DNA of 64,000 bases from Pseudovirgaria hyperparasitica (taxonomy: Eukaryota). Every line of letters begins with the position of its first letter. Position 1 is the first letter of the stretch. The stretch is from the NCBI GenBank assembly GCA_010093815.1, contig ML996574.1. One strand, 5' to 3'. Position numbers and translations under genes: made by a program. Positions 50,101 to 62,512 of this stretch are shown piece after piece. The notes beneath the pieces were generated by a model. It did no database searches, had not been told where the DNA came from, and worked only from the letters and a program-made list of their open reading frames with translations.

Positions 50101-50705
50101 GTGAGGGGCAGGACAGGGCAGGGTCGTCGTTTATCGATATTGTATCTAAGGTGCTATCTGTAATCTGCGTATCGATATGCAGCCGTGGGTAGGTTTGTCA
50201 CGCACCCTTGCGTGTGTGAACCGCCGAAAAAGTAAAAAGGTAGAAAGGTTAGTGGTGTAGTGTGATCGTGATCGTGAGTGGGTGGCGGCGCAGGTTCAGG
50301 CTCAGGCTCAGGCACATCTAGCTAGTAAGTAAGTAGGGCCCAGGCACAGGCACAGGCTCAGGCTGCCGCTCAGGAACAGGAACAGTGCCTTCCTCTCCCG
50401 CCCGTCCTCCCTCCTCGCACACGCTCGCACGGGAACAAGAGTCAAGTCAAGTCAGACAAACCAAGCCAGACAAGTCAAGTCAGGCAAGCCAAGCCAAGGG
50501 CCACAAAAGCCACAGTCGCACAGTCAGGATTCAGGATTATTACTACCCTTAACCATTATTATATTTTAACGTTTCTAGCTAAATTCTCACTTATTCGTCC
50601 GATTTTTGCCAATTGAACTGGACGGGTTGGTTTGGCTTGCGTTTGTTCGGTTCGGCTCTGTGGTGATCCATCCTGTCGTCGGCTTGTCAGGACTGAACTG
50701 ACTGT

Positions 50706-50733
50706 CTGACTGACTGACTGACTGACTGACTGA
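50706..50733 (+). repeat. (CTGA)7 microsatellite
   Basis: Direct read. Confidence 0.9.
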
Positions 50734-52371
50734 CTTGGGCTCCGTGGATCTAAACTTTGTTGTCTTGATTCACGTTCGAGACGTGCTTTGGCTAGGTGCC
50801 AGTTATGGATGGGGTTTTACCACTCGCTTATGGCGGGACACATATACACACATACATACATACACCTCTGAAGAGAAAAAACCTTCACGTGCCGTCATGC
50901 AGCCAGAAAGCCAGCCAGCCAGGCACCGTGAGACTCGCGACTCGACTCTATTTTGAGTTGCGCCACCACACACACACACACACACACACAAGCACAAGCA
51001 CAAACACACCACTGCAAGGAGAGACAGATAGTTCACACCCCTACCGTAGTGGTTGGTAGGTAGTGACCTGGAAATTGTGCATTCCCCTTCCGGCATAGCG
51101 TCCTCTCGGCCACTTGCACCCGCTGCAAGTTGTGCAAGCGAGGTGTATGTGCATGTGTGCATGTGTGCATCTGTGCATATTTGTAGTAATTAATTAGGCG
51201 TGCGAGAACGACGACTCCACGACGGACGACCACCACGACCACCGCCCTTATCTAGGCCTTGGCTTTCGAGAAGGACTGACGGAATATTCACTCTTCCCAT
51301 CTCTTTGCCCCCTCCCCCCGGCCTTACCTCTACCCTCTCTCTAACGCAGCCAGTCGGTCGGTCGGTCGGTCGGTCAGTCGGTCAGTCAGTCAGTTCAGAC
51401 CCAAGTCGTCGGCTCTTCGGCGAATAGTTATTTAGTTACCAGTCAGTACTAAGTAGAGAGACCCTAACTACCTAATAACCAATCGCAATTCCGCATAGCA
51501 TAAATCCTAGTTCCCTTTTATTTCGATTGGGTGCGGTGTGCTGCTCGAACCGACATATTCCGCTGAATTTTTTAATCTAATCGATGCAGAGTCGAGGGTC
51601 CGGTTTTTGGTCGTACGTACTACGTAGGTAGGGTCGTCGTCGTCGTCGATCTAATGCAGGAACGACGCAGGTACAGTACGAAACAACGAACACTTCGATG
51701 GATCGGCTGTTTTTTTTGGCTTCGTTTTTCCTATCTGCCGATTAGTTATTTATGCGAACCTCAGGAGGAGTGTGGTATCTAGCTGTTCTCCTAGATTCGT
51801 TTGCTGGATGTCGGTCTGCCGAGTCACGTACAGTAGTAGCTTTCTGCATGTGAGGATTGATTGTAAGATGTTGTTGTATCATGTATCATGTAGCATGTTT
51901 GCATGTATCATGTATGTATCGTATCAAAAAAACCCACGACTCTACTCCTGGACCCTGGCTTGATGCTTTTCTACCCGCTTTTTCGTCGTCGATAACGGCT
52001 TGTTGTATACGCTTGTCTGTACCCAGTAGTCTCAGCAGTCTCAGCAGTCCCAGCAGTACGTGGACCCCCCCTCCCCCCCTCTCCCTCCCAGAATCATCAA
52101 TCAATCAGACGGCCGGACGCGTGGGTTCTCCTCCAGAATCGCTCAAACAGGACTAGACCACGCCCTCTCTATTGGCTCGAAGCCTTGAAAGCCTTGAACG
52201 CCCTGGAAAACAAAAAGAGGACCCCAATTCCTGCCGAAGCCACGGAGCAATGGTGCCATGAAGCTGGAGCATGGCAACAAAAGCGACCACTATCTAGCAC
52301 GCGGCGCCCCGGGGAACAAAGGAAGCACCACTTCCTTTCCAGAAACGGCGGGGGAGTCTCGCCGGCGTTGT

Positions 52372-52402
<31 letters not shown>

Positions 52403-52796
52403 CATCATTATCAAAGCAAGCCAGATTTTCTCTTGCCTTTGCCTTGTCTTTTCTGTTTGTGTGGGTGGGATACGTAGTCTAGACAGACACACGAAACAAA
52501 TCTGCCGAAGATACCTACACACATACGTCAAAGACACGACAAGACGGACCCAAGAACCTTATGTTGTGGTGGTGATCTTCGTCGACGCAGAAACCTTCCT
52601 GGGGCGTGTGCCCAGATCCGCCCGTATACCAACCAACCCACCAACATACTACATTCTACCACTAATTAATTACCAAGCAAATCCGTTTGTCTTCACTTGC
52701 TTCGCTCGTGCCTCTGCCGTTCCCTCTCTTTCCCCCGGAATAATATGGCGTATATCCGCTTGACTCGGGGATGGATGGCGTTGGTCCAGACGACCC

Positions 52797-52836
52797 GATG
52801 GATGGATGGATGGATGGATGGATGGATGGATGGATG
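52797..52836 (+). repeat. (GATG)10 microsatellite
   Basis: Direct read. Confidence 0.95.
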
Positions 52837-55800
52837 GAGAAGAGGGTTAGCTAACGGTTAAATCCATTCCTTCCATCCCATCGATTCATGCCATGTCTGG
52901 CCGGCCGCCGACATTCTACTACGTTTCGTAGTATATATCTCCGAGTAATTAGTGAAGTTTACCACGGCTTCTGAGAGCGTCGAGACTTCGACACTATCAC
53001 CATCATCTCATGCATCTCCGATTCTTTGCTCGATTGCTGCTCGATGCTGCTCGATTGCTACTCGAAGCCCGTCCGTTCTAGATTCCGCCTACTGCAGTAG
53101 AAAAACCCTTCCGAGTTTCCAAAACGTTAGCTAGTTGCTTAGTTAGTGCTGGCAGGATTGGCCCAGGTGGCCCCCAGGACGTCAGTCGTTGTTTTCAGTT
53201 AGTTCTTTATTTTACTTGTATCAGGCGGCGCAGGGCCAAATCTCATCCCATATCCGGGCAGGGAAGAGGGGCTAAAGTAGATAGAACTGACCATGCCAAG
53301 CAGCCAGCGCCAGCGCCAGCCTCATGGAAGCCGGAAGCCCATATTAACAGGAACAAGCCTAGTTCCCTGAACGGTCCTTATTACTGCTGCTTTGCTGGAA
53401 GAGGAAATCCACCTACTGTACAAAGGAAAAAAAAAACGACACTACAAAACGGTCATACACTACACTACACTACACTACATGCACTGTCCTGCACTCGGCC
53501 AATGCGATTGTGTGGGATCCGCCAAGAACCCTTTTCTTGCCATGATTGATGGGAATTAATTTTTTTTTCTCTCTCTCTCTTTCGTTTCCCTTTTCCTGCA
53601 GAGGAAGTAAGAAACCGAGAACGAAAAGCCAGCCATGGGGATAAGTTGATTAATTAGACAAAGAGACGATATTACACGCCCACAGCAAACTACCGTGCTC
53701 AACGGTGGAGAGACGACCCACTGCAACACACAGTCAGTCCAACAGCCGAGCATATAGCATAGCATATAGCATAGCATACAGTTCTACATACAGTAGCATA
53801 ATACTGGAGGAGGAGGAGCGTGCTTCTACCATCTGCCTTTGCTTTTTCCTCGGATGGAGTGCTCTTCCATGACTGAACGGTTGCGCTCGGTGGGAGTTGC
53901 CGCCCCATCCATCCCATTCCTTCCTCCCGCCGCCGGCGGAAAGGGCCACCGCTGCTTTGACGTGATTGTCTTCTATCAGGGTCGTGCTTGCTTTTCGGAG
54001 ATGGTGTATCCTTGTCGCGCTTGCCCTGCCTTGCCTTGCGCCAGGGTCATGGGTCATGGGTTATGGTCCTGGTCCTGGTCCTAGTCATTCATGGTCGTTG
54101 GAATAGGAATGGGCTAGAAGAATACGTTGAATACGTTGGAATAATTAGGGCAGGGCAGGGCAGGGCAGGCATCACCCTGGTCACGCGTCCTCATGGAATA
54201 AATGGATAGGGCAATCATTAAACTTCAGGGCAGAGTAATTAGTAGGGTTGGAAATGCCAGCCAGGAAGGGAGGAGCATTTTCTCATTGGCCGGTTTTGCA
54301 CTGCCGAAAGAACTGCGCCGCAACGTGTATGTCCCATTGTTTTTCTGTACATATACAGTAGTATACAGTAAACCTAGAACAGGCAGAGTTTAAAAAAAAT
54401 CAGAGACTTACGGACATATTCCAGCCCAATCACAGGTAGGTCTAATTAGGTCCTCCCTCGCTCTCACCGAATGTGTCCCAGATTTTCTTTTGTACAAAGA
54501 CATAATTATAAACTCTAAATTCGAACAAAGCAATCGAAATGTCGTCGACGGCAACATCCGCTGTCAGACCTACCCTTCTTCGAGTCGTGGACCAAAATAA
54601 AAGCTCGGGGCTTGCTGATGACGATTACTATATACTCATACACATATCATGGTATAGATACAGATGTTCCCGCGGTTTCCGGTGGAGATGCACGGCATTG
54701 ATGGAGGTCCTCCCTGGGCCCCCCGTCCGTCTGCCCTGTGCGACCGCAATTGCCCTGTGCGAGACGACACCGAGTTTTTTCTGGTTCTCTGAAAGAAAGG
54801 GAAAGGATGGAGGGAAGGAACCGTATTCTGGCGTCATGTGTACGGTATGGATGATTTGCATGTTTTCTCATCATCATGTTGTTCCGTCCGTGTTGCTGCT
54901 CGCTGTCCCCGGCCGGGGGATCTCCGTCTGCTCGACTCTGGATATTGGAATGCAGAGACCAGGTGTTTACAGCATTGATCTGTCGTCGCCTCACGGTATC
55001 CTCCTGGACAGACTGCCTGCTTTTGACGCCAACCAAGCACGCACCCGCGACACCACACGACCGCGGAAGTCCTCGCTGTCATATGTCAAATGTCATTCAC
55101 GGCAGCTACATCGGCAGCTCTGCAGCATCTACACGAGCGCCATTCAATGAGGTAGGTGGAGTGTATCCTGAAGACAGAGACGGGCGGGTATTTAGCATTT
55201 CCACCCAATACAGGCTCAAACGATAGACGCCATGTATGGACGAAGTTTAATATCTGCCGCGTCGAGGCGGGCAGGCAGGCCACACACATGCTACAGGCAG
55301 ATCGTGGGCTGGGGAGGGGGACTTGTACTACGATGAAGAGACTTTATCAAGAGTGTCCGAGGTTTGTGGGGGATGTGTATTGCTTCAGATTGTATTGAGC
55401 TTCATGCATTCCGTGGTGGTGGTGGTTGGGATTCATTCTCAGAGATACCGCTGCGCCCAAGATGAACCAGCATGGTAAACAAGCCAGTCAAACTCTATCC
55501 ATATGCAACAAGACACAGCATAAACAGCCAACAAGGAACGGTCTACCCTTCCTTCTCAAAAAGTCCTCTCCTCTTCGCAAGTTGATTCCGAATCTCTTCC
55601 CAGTCGCACTGAGCCACTGGGCGCAAATCATCCCACCTCCCTCCCAATACCCAGACAAGCCTCAGAAAATACAACAATTTGGAATCAAGCCCAGCCGAAA
55701 AAGCCAGGTCATACTCTTCCTATCATATGTTTTAAAACGTTCATCATCGGCCATGTCAAAAGAAGAAGAAGAAGAAGAAGAAAACCCTTCAAACCCACAC

Positions 55801-56563
55801 TGACATTCCAACAAAGAAAAAAAAAAGAGGCCAAAGCGCTCACGCTAACCCCAACCCATCCTAGACCAATCACATCACGTGATACTCCCAGCCCCGAGCT
55901 ATATAAACTTTTCGCACCGCGCAACAAACCACTTTTCCTCTTTGTGCGGTCGGCGCAGCTATGATTCTCCGTGTTGCTTGCTCATCTACGAATTTTTCTT
56001 CGTTCGGTGATGAATACCAAGTGTCTGCTGCGCCCCAGATGAAACATATTGCAAAATTTACCATATTTACACTTTACGCTGGTGGACTGTTTTTCGAGTG
56101 TCGCTGGCGTTGGAATAATGGTTGAACATACATACATACCTCCCCCCTCCTTGCGAGATTTAGTTATGACGTGTGCATCTGAGTCGCCTCTGGTCTCGGC
56201 GAAGCGTAAAGCATTTATTTTCTGCGGCTTTGGCGGCGGCCTTGGAGATGGATGCATCGTGTCTGTTGTAATCTTGTGCAGTCGTTTGAAATGCGATAGA
56301 TGATTCGTGAATACTTCAGTCGCGACATGAAAACTTCGTACGGTTGATTGGGCCTTGGTGATCCCGGCAGATATTGTGCCTAAATTCTACTACATACCTT
56401 TTATCTATGTGGAAGAGTACAGGAGCATCAGCCTGTCCAACGCTGTGGCTGTGACTGGTATGAAGTGTTCAAATTCCCAAGTTCGACTCCCTCGCCATGC
56501 AGGACAGGACGTACATGAACGTTCGCTCCCTCAACTATCCTCATCATCCTGCCTCTCCAGCCT

Positions 56564-57697
56564 TCAACTATCATCATCACCCTGCTTCTCAAGCTTGCCC
56601 ATCTCTCGCTTCTCACCGGTCTCTCCGATTATGCGGATCCTATCTAGACGCACCCTCTCACTCTCGCCATCGCCGTCGACAATGAACACGACAAGCGAGG
56701 TGACATTCTGGAACTTGACAAATCTCAGCTCCAGACGGGCGGTGCCAGTCTCTTCGTTCCAGTCCTGTTGTTTCAGCTCAATCTCTTGAGTCGGTGTGAT
56801 GTCGTCGGCCTCGTCGAAGCCGAGATTGTGCGCGCGATTCGAGTAGATTCTGACAGTCTTGGGCCGCATTGGCAGCTCGTCATCCTCATCTTCACCTTCG
56901 GGCACTCGTGGCGGACGGGATGTGATCTGTATGGTGTGTATCTTCATGGTCATGTTGAAGGGGATGTACAGCATGAGCTGCTCGTCCGTATCGCTCTCCA
57001 CCCAGTCAGTCTTCTTCTGGGTATCGGTGGCCTTGCCTTTGCCCTTTGCGCCATCGAGGTCCAGCGCCGAAGGTTTGCCTAGATCGAAGAGGACTCGGGC
57101 TTCTCCAAAGTCACTGTCGCGATTCAACAAGTCTAGTCCTTTTGTGTCGACGTGCTCCGTAACATCGCTGTAGCCGCGAGCCAGTTCAGCACCGCGCCAG
57201 GTGCCTCCGTTGCCAGTGCCACTGCTTTCTCCTCCAAAGCCGCCGCTCGAGTCTGAGTCGGCCTCGGCCGCGATCTTCTTTATGGTATCCTGTAGAGCCT
57301 TGGGGTCGGCACCCCTCACTCTTGAGACCTCCACACCCTTCTTGAAGACGAGGAAGGTAGGCATCCTAGGAGGATATTGTTAGTCTCTGCGCTTGTGAGG
57401 AAAGAATATGTGCCTACGCTGTTATCTCATATGTCTCGGCAATGCCAGTCTGGTTGTCGACATTGACTTTTGCGAATGTGACAATCTTCGGTCGTGAGAG
57501 CTGTGCAGCAAGTTGCTCGTACACAGGAGCAACGTTCTTGCATGGACCACACCAATCGGCATAGACCAAACTGCTGTTAGACTCTATGTTGGCGATTGAC
57601 CATCAGAGAAAGACTCACAGTCTACCACTACAACGCGGGAGCTGTCCAGTAGAGAGCTGAACTGGCGTCCAGAGCTGATTTCGACTGGTTTCGCCAT
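56564..57697 (-). CDS. Thioredoxin + PITH domain protein (Txl1/TXNL1-like); exons 57697-57619, 57565-57418, 57365-56564
   Basis: YADWCGPCK active site, AMPTF, and PITH motifs ESDTDEQLMLYIPF and LRFVKFQNVTSL. Intron 1 has a non-canonical 3' end. Confidence 0.9.
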
Positions 57698-58277
57698 GAT
57701 GACCGGGTTTGAAAAGAGTCGCAAGAAGGTTCTATCGGATGCGCTGTCGAATTAAGCAAGTCCAGAACTCCAGAGTCTATCACGAAGTGAAGAACTGAGG
57801 CTTGAGGCTTGTTTGTCGCCTTCGACTGAAGTGGGGTAGTGGGATGATTAGAGCTGTTTTAGCAAAAGCGCATGCATTTGTCGGCCGCGCGAACTTCACA
57901 GTTTCTTGAGAGGTCGCGCTTCATAGACGACACCTCGCCAGTTGTATCTATATGGACATTTCTCCAACAAGCTTCTTAGACAATTACTCATCCCAATATG
58001 ACTTCGCCACCTTCCTAAGTCTTCCTTCGGCTTCGTTATCCGGTCTGACACCAACTCTGAGCATGCGTATGCGCATGGCACAGCCCAGCTTGACGTTGAA
58101 AGCAAAAGAACTTCACTTACTTGCTGCCTTGACCTATACGTTCGTGGCATATTCAAGTTTTGGACTGGCCCGAGAAACACTAGACGCTCATCATAAGGAC
58201 TGTACCCGCGGAAGATTCCGACGGAGACTGCTATACACTGCAGCCATAGCTTCAGGTCTGCAAAGTGTAGTCACAGT

Positions 58278-59857
58278 ATGGCATCTCATGTCGTAGTGGT
58301 AGACCCTTCTGCCAGGAGGGCTACGGTCAAGACGCAACCGCAAACATACTTGACCGATGTAAGAGATGAGGCTTGTAAGAAACTTGGCGTGCCTGGAGAC
58401 CAATTTACCTTAAAGTCAGTCGACTTCGGCGTCCGCTTTGTCCTGAGCTGACCGCATTTCCAAGGTTCAACCAAAAGCAAATAGATCTCTCGCTCACGAT
58501 TAGACTGTCTGGATTACCGCAAGGCGCAAAACTTGATCTCATACAGCAGTCTCGCTCCCCTACGGTCGTCTCGGTCGCTCTACAGCTCCCCGCATCGGAA
58601 GACAATGCTCGTCTCACGCAAAAATTCCCAAGTAATACCTCCCTATGGCAGATTCTCAGAGTGTTCGAAAGCTCCCCAGCACCAAGAAACCCTCGCGGGG
58701 CGTACAACTTCACACAACGAGCCGCCACAGACATGAATGACGGCTCTACCTCCGGGGCTGGGCGACTGAACTACGAGGCACCTGTGCTGAATGTGATGGG
58801 AAGAGAAAGATCAAGCTTCACAGAATTGCAGCAGACTCTCGCACAGCTGGGTCTCAGCGGAAGCGTGCTTCTAAGACTCAGCTACCGTAATAGTGGGAAG
58901 CCATTAGAGGAAGCCATGTCGGAGATATCGCAATTCTTCAAGACGAGCGACAATCTTGCTACGGAAGCGAACGATCCTCCAACGACCACCCATCTTGGCA
59001 CTGTGATCGAAAAGTCTTCCCCCAAGGATGTGGCAAGTGTTGTGGACACGAAAGAAGTACCAGCTGAGGATAACCTGCCAACACCAATGGAAGACGTTGT
59101 ATCGACATCTCCTCAAGATTTACAGAAGCAAACGGAAGCAAATGCAACACCTGTCCAGCCTACTACCGGTCCCGGCGATCGCCCCGTAGTAATCTTCTCT
59201 CCCCCAAGTACATCCACACCACAGGCCGCATCCCAGCCGCACAACTCCAACGACTACGATCTTTCCGTTGATCAGGCGAGACGCTATCAGACACAACTAC
59301 AAGATCTAAGTCGTAACAAGCGGCTCCCATCGGACAAGGAGATAGAAGCGGCCGATAAAGCGAAAGCTGAGAAACTGGCAGCTGTCACAGAGGTCAAGAT
59401 TCGCATCCGAGTGCCCGATCAAACCCAGGTCGAAGTTCACTTTACACGACAGGACACCACGAAAGAACTCTTCGACCTCGTGAGATCAATGCTCGAGCAT
59501 GGAGACCAACCTTTCTTGTTGCGCTACACGTCACCGAAGGGGGGACTGGCGGTGTTGAAGGAAGGCACGCAGAAACTGGTGTCAGACCTGGGTTTCCATG
59601 GCCGTGTTCTAATCACCTGCACCTGGGATGATAGCGTGCCCATACCTGCTAGGAGACCTCCGAGCCTGAAGCAGGAATGGAGGGAAAAGGCACAGGTCCT
59701 GAAGGTGGAAACGATCGCTACTCCAGTTCCTGAGCAGAATCCTGGAGGAGGATCATCACTGGCATCTTCCAGCAAGGGCAAGGGAAAGATGACTGATGGG
59801 GATAAAGAGTCTAAGCTGAAGGCAATGCTGAACAAAGGACTGTTCAAGAAGAAGTGA
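58278..59857 (+). CDS. TUG/ASPSCR1 (Ubx4-like) UBL-UBX domain Cdc48 cofactor; exons 58278-58414 and 58465-59857
   Basis: MASHVVVVD...EACKK, IDLSLTIRLSGLPQGAKLDL (TUG-UBL1), and IRIRVPDQTQVE (UBX). Confidence 0.85.
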
Positions 59858-60174
59858 ACAGGTCCCGATTGTCGATATTTGAATAGAGCATAAGCGGCAT
59901 TGACAGCGTACTTTAGCTTCTACTACATTCTTTGGATTGGCGATGTCGAGCCGTTAAGCATCCGTCACAAACACTGCATAGAGGTGAATGCTAAATTGAT
60001 CTTGTAGTTTTTCATTTGAGTGCTCCCATATATGCATCCCGGTTCCGATCAGAACGACCCATAGAAAGAGGCTACAGAGAGAGAGGTTGCTCCACGCTTG
60101 TTGTAAAGCAGACCGATTTTTGCTCCGTCCAAGTTAACACACATTGTAAAACCCCCGTTGTCATATGTATGCAT

Positions 60175-60820
60175 CTAGTGACCCGCTCTCCTCGACTCGG
60201 CAATGATCTTGGTCATCTCGTCAACCTTCTTCTTGGCGCGGCCGAAAGTGCCGAGCTGTTAATGGTGTTAGTAGGGTATTTCTCTCTTGCATGACGAATG
60301 ATGCGTTGGGATTTGTTCAAGGGAGTGATGTGAGACGTACTCTCTTCTTAGCCAGCTTGCGCGCACGCTTATCCTTTGAGTTGCGGAGCAGTTCGATAAC
60401 ACGGCGTTCGTAGGGTGCGAGACTGTGACAGAGGCGATCGAGTTAGCCAGCAATTCTCTGAAATCTTCTCTCTCTCTCTAATCCACCACAGATAGTGCCT
60501 CAGGTTGTCCACCTCTTCCCTCAAATCCATGCCCATAGATAGTTCCGTTCCAGAAAGATGTGTGCGTGACATACCCAGAGACCTCACGGACGATTTCCCG
60601 GACAAACGCAGTCCTCTTGCTCAATCTTCCCTTGCGAGTCGAGATCTTGGGTGCTGGGGTGCGAGGGGTGACTTTCTGTAGTTGGCGACCGGGACGTTAG
60701 CTCTCTCTTATTCCTGCTGGCGAGGGCGACGAAGACAGGAGAAGAAGGACTTGGAAGACGTACGTGTCCAGAGTTGAGGCCGACGGCCAAGCCAGACTTC
60801 TGCTTGACTTCCTGCGGCAT
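60175..60820 (-). CDS. RPL36: 60S ribosomal protein L36 (eL36); 4 exons
   Basis: [15 protein letters not shown]...[52 protein letters not shown]. Confidence 0.96.
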
Positions 60821-61496
60821 CGTGGTGGTTAGTATTGCCTGGTATGGGGGCGTCGTGGTGTCGGTCGAGAAGTGAGGTCGGGTGCGAGCAAAAGTGGTAG
60901 CTGGAAAATGTGCGCAGGCTCTGACTAGGCGAGCCAATCACGTTGGTTTTCGTCCATGTCTTGCTTATGTAAGGGTGTTTCTGACTCCACGAACAAGCAT
61001 GCTTTCGCTTGATGATTGATTCTCCTCTTCTTGTACGGTTCTGAAGTGTCTTAAGTTCTTGGTCCGTCGCAGTGCGCTGCATTCACGTAGAATGCCAATA
61101 ACATCACTTTTATAACCACAAGCACACAGAGCTCATATGTATAAATTTTGGTAACAATCCATTCGCCTTGCCAAGGGTATATCTCATCTTCAAAGTCCTA
61201 AATCTGGTTCCCAAATTGACATCCAACGACCCTATGCAGCTCGTGACTATTTCTATATACACCCAATGCTCACCAAGTCTCCGGTCCTAACAAATCAGTC
61301 TCACCCATTACCACGACCGTACCCAAATTCTTACAATCAAAAACCCATGGCAACATACAATCGCGATGAATCCAACGTATTACAGGCGCCGAGCAAAATG
61401 TTGTATGGCCAGTGACCCACATTTCTTGTTGTTGGGTCTAAAACCATGATGCATCACAATACTGCGTTGCAAGATCTGGAGGTTGCCATGTCGGCT

Positions 61497-62512
61497 TCAA
61501 GGCTTCACGCCATTCACACCATTCGTGCCATTCGCGACGCCGTTGTTGTAGCGAGTTTCTGCACCAGCTCCGTTCGTCCTGTCGTAGAACCTGCCGGTAG
61601 GCGCAGTAACCGCAGGATCCTCGAGCGCCGCCTGCTGTTCGACCATGCCGATCGTAGTCTCTTCGCTTTCGTGGTGTTTCGTCTTGATCGCTGGGAGGAA
61701 GTCAAGGAAAAATGACAAGACGTAGAACGTGTATATCAGTGCAATGATCCACTCCAGGATGGCTGCGGCGTTCCACTGAGCCTGATTCTGCGTCACACCA
61801 AATGCTATACTTTCGTATTAGTCATGTGCATGATGGAGTAGTCACCAGGTCTTACCGATTGCAAGTGCCAACTCAAGGAGGATAAAAGACAACTTGATCC
61901 AGAAAGAAATGCGTAGTATGCGATGTTCGCGGAAGTGTATTCCAAGGCGCTGGTATTCGATACAGATGAATATGGCTGAGACGATATATCCTGCACTATT
62001 TGGTATGTCAGATCCAAAGTCTCAGAATCGAGCGCTCGCAACCCACATGAAGAGAACCAGGAAGATGTTATGCAAACGCGGATGGTGGAGGGTATCGAAT
62101 ATCGACAGTAATATTATGCCCGCAGCACCGACAACTGCTGCAATAATGGAGAGAATGGAACAGATTTTTTGGAACAAAGAAGTATTAGGTGTGAGTCTGC
62201 CCTTGTGCCTGAGCCAGCGTTCCGCAATGAACGCAAGATCTAAAGATACGACGGTGACGGCTGACATGGCGATGAATAACGGCTTGAGGCCTTGTGCGCC
62301 CACATCGGAAATATATCTGTATCAGTGTAAGTTTGATTGGTATTCTACCATGCTTGAAAGGTGCCCTACGCGATTCTCTGGCTTTGGTTCATGGATGGAT
62401 AATGCGGTGACCCTTGCACCAGCCATGTTATCAACATGGCCAGCAGCATGGCGAGCCACACGCAGGCCGAGAATATCGGAACCATCCAATACGAGATCAC
62501 GCCGTGCAACAT
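61497..62512 (-). CDS. Frag1/DRAM/Sfk1-family membrane protein; 4 exons
   Basis: MLHGVISYWMVPIFSACVWLAMLL, YISDVGAQGLKPLF, ERWLRH, LLSIFDT...HNIF, AAILEWIIA. Confidence 0.85.

Larger units (their letters stand above)
45319..56563. other. ~11 kb intergenic region dense in short simple-sequence repeats, upstream of the Msn2-like gene
   Basis: No recognisable protein family. Dozens of 2-9-mer tandem repeats. Confidence 0.7.

Noticed and set aside
54539..55150. 203-aa ATG-initiated ORF in the gene desert
   Set aside because: No motif or family resemblance; cannot be supported without expression or homology data.
45319..56563. CRISPR-like or transposon interpretation of the repeat-rich region
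   Set aside because: The repeats are short, unspaced and of differing units. No transposase/RT ORF, LTR or TIR was seen, and the context is eukaryotic.
60425..60571. Longer RPL36 intron as a possible snoRNA host
   Set aside because: No convincing C/D or H/ACA box arrangement seen.
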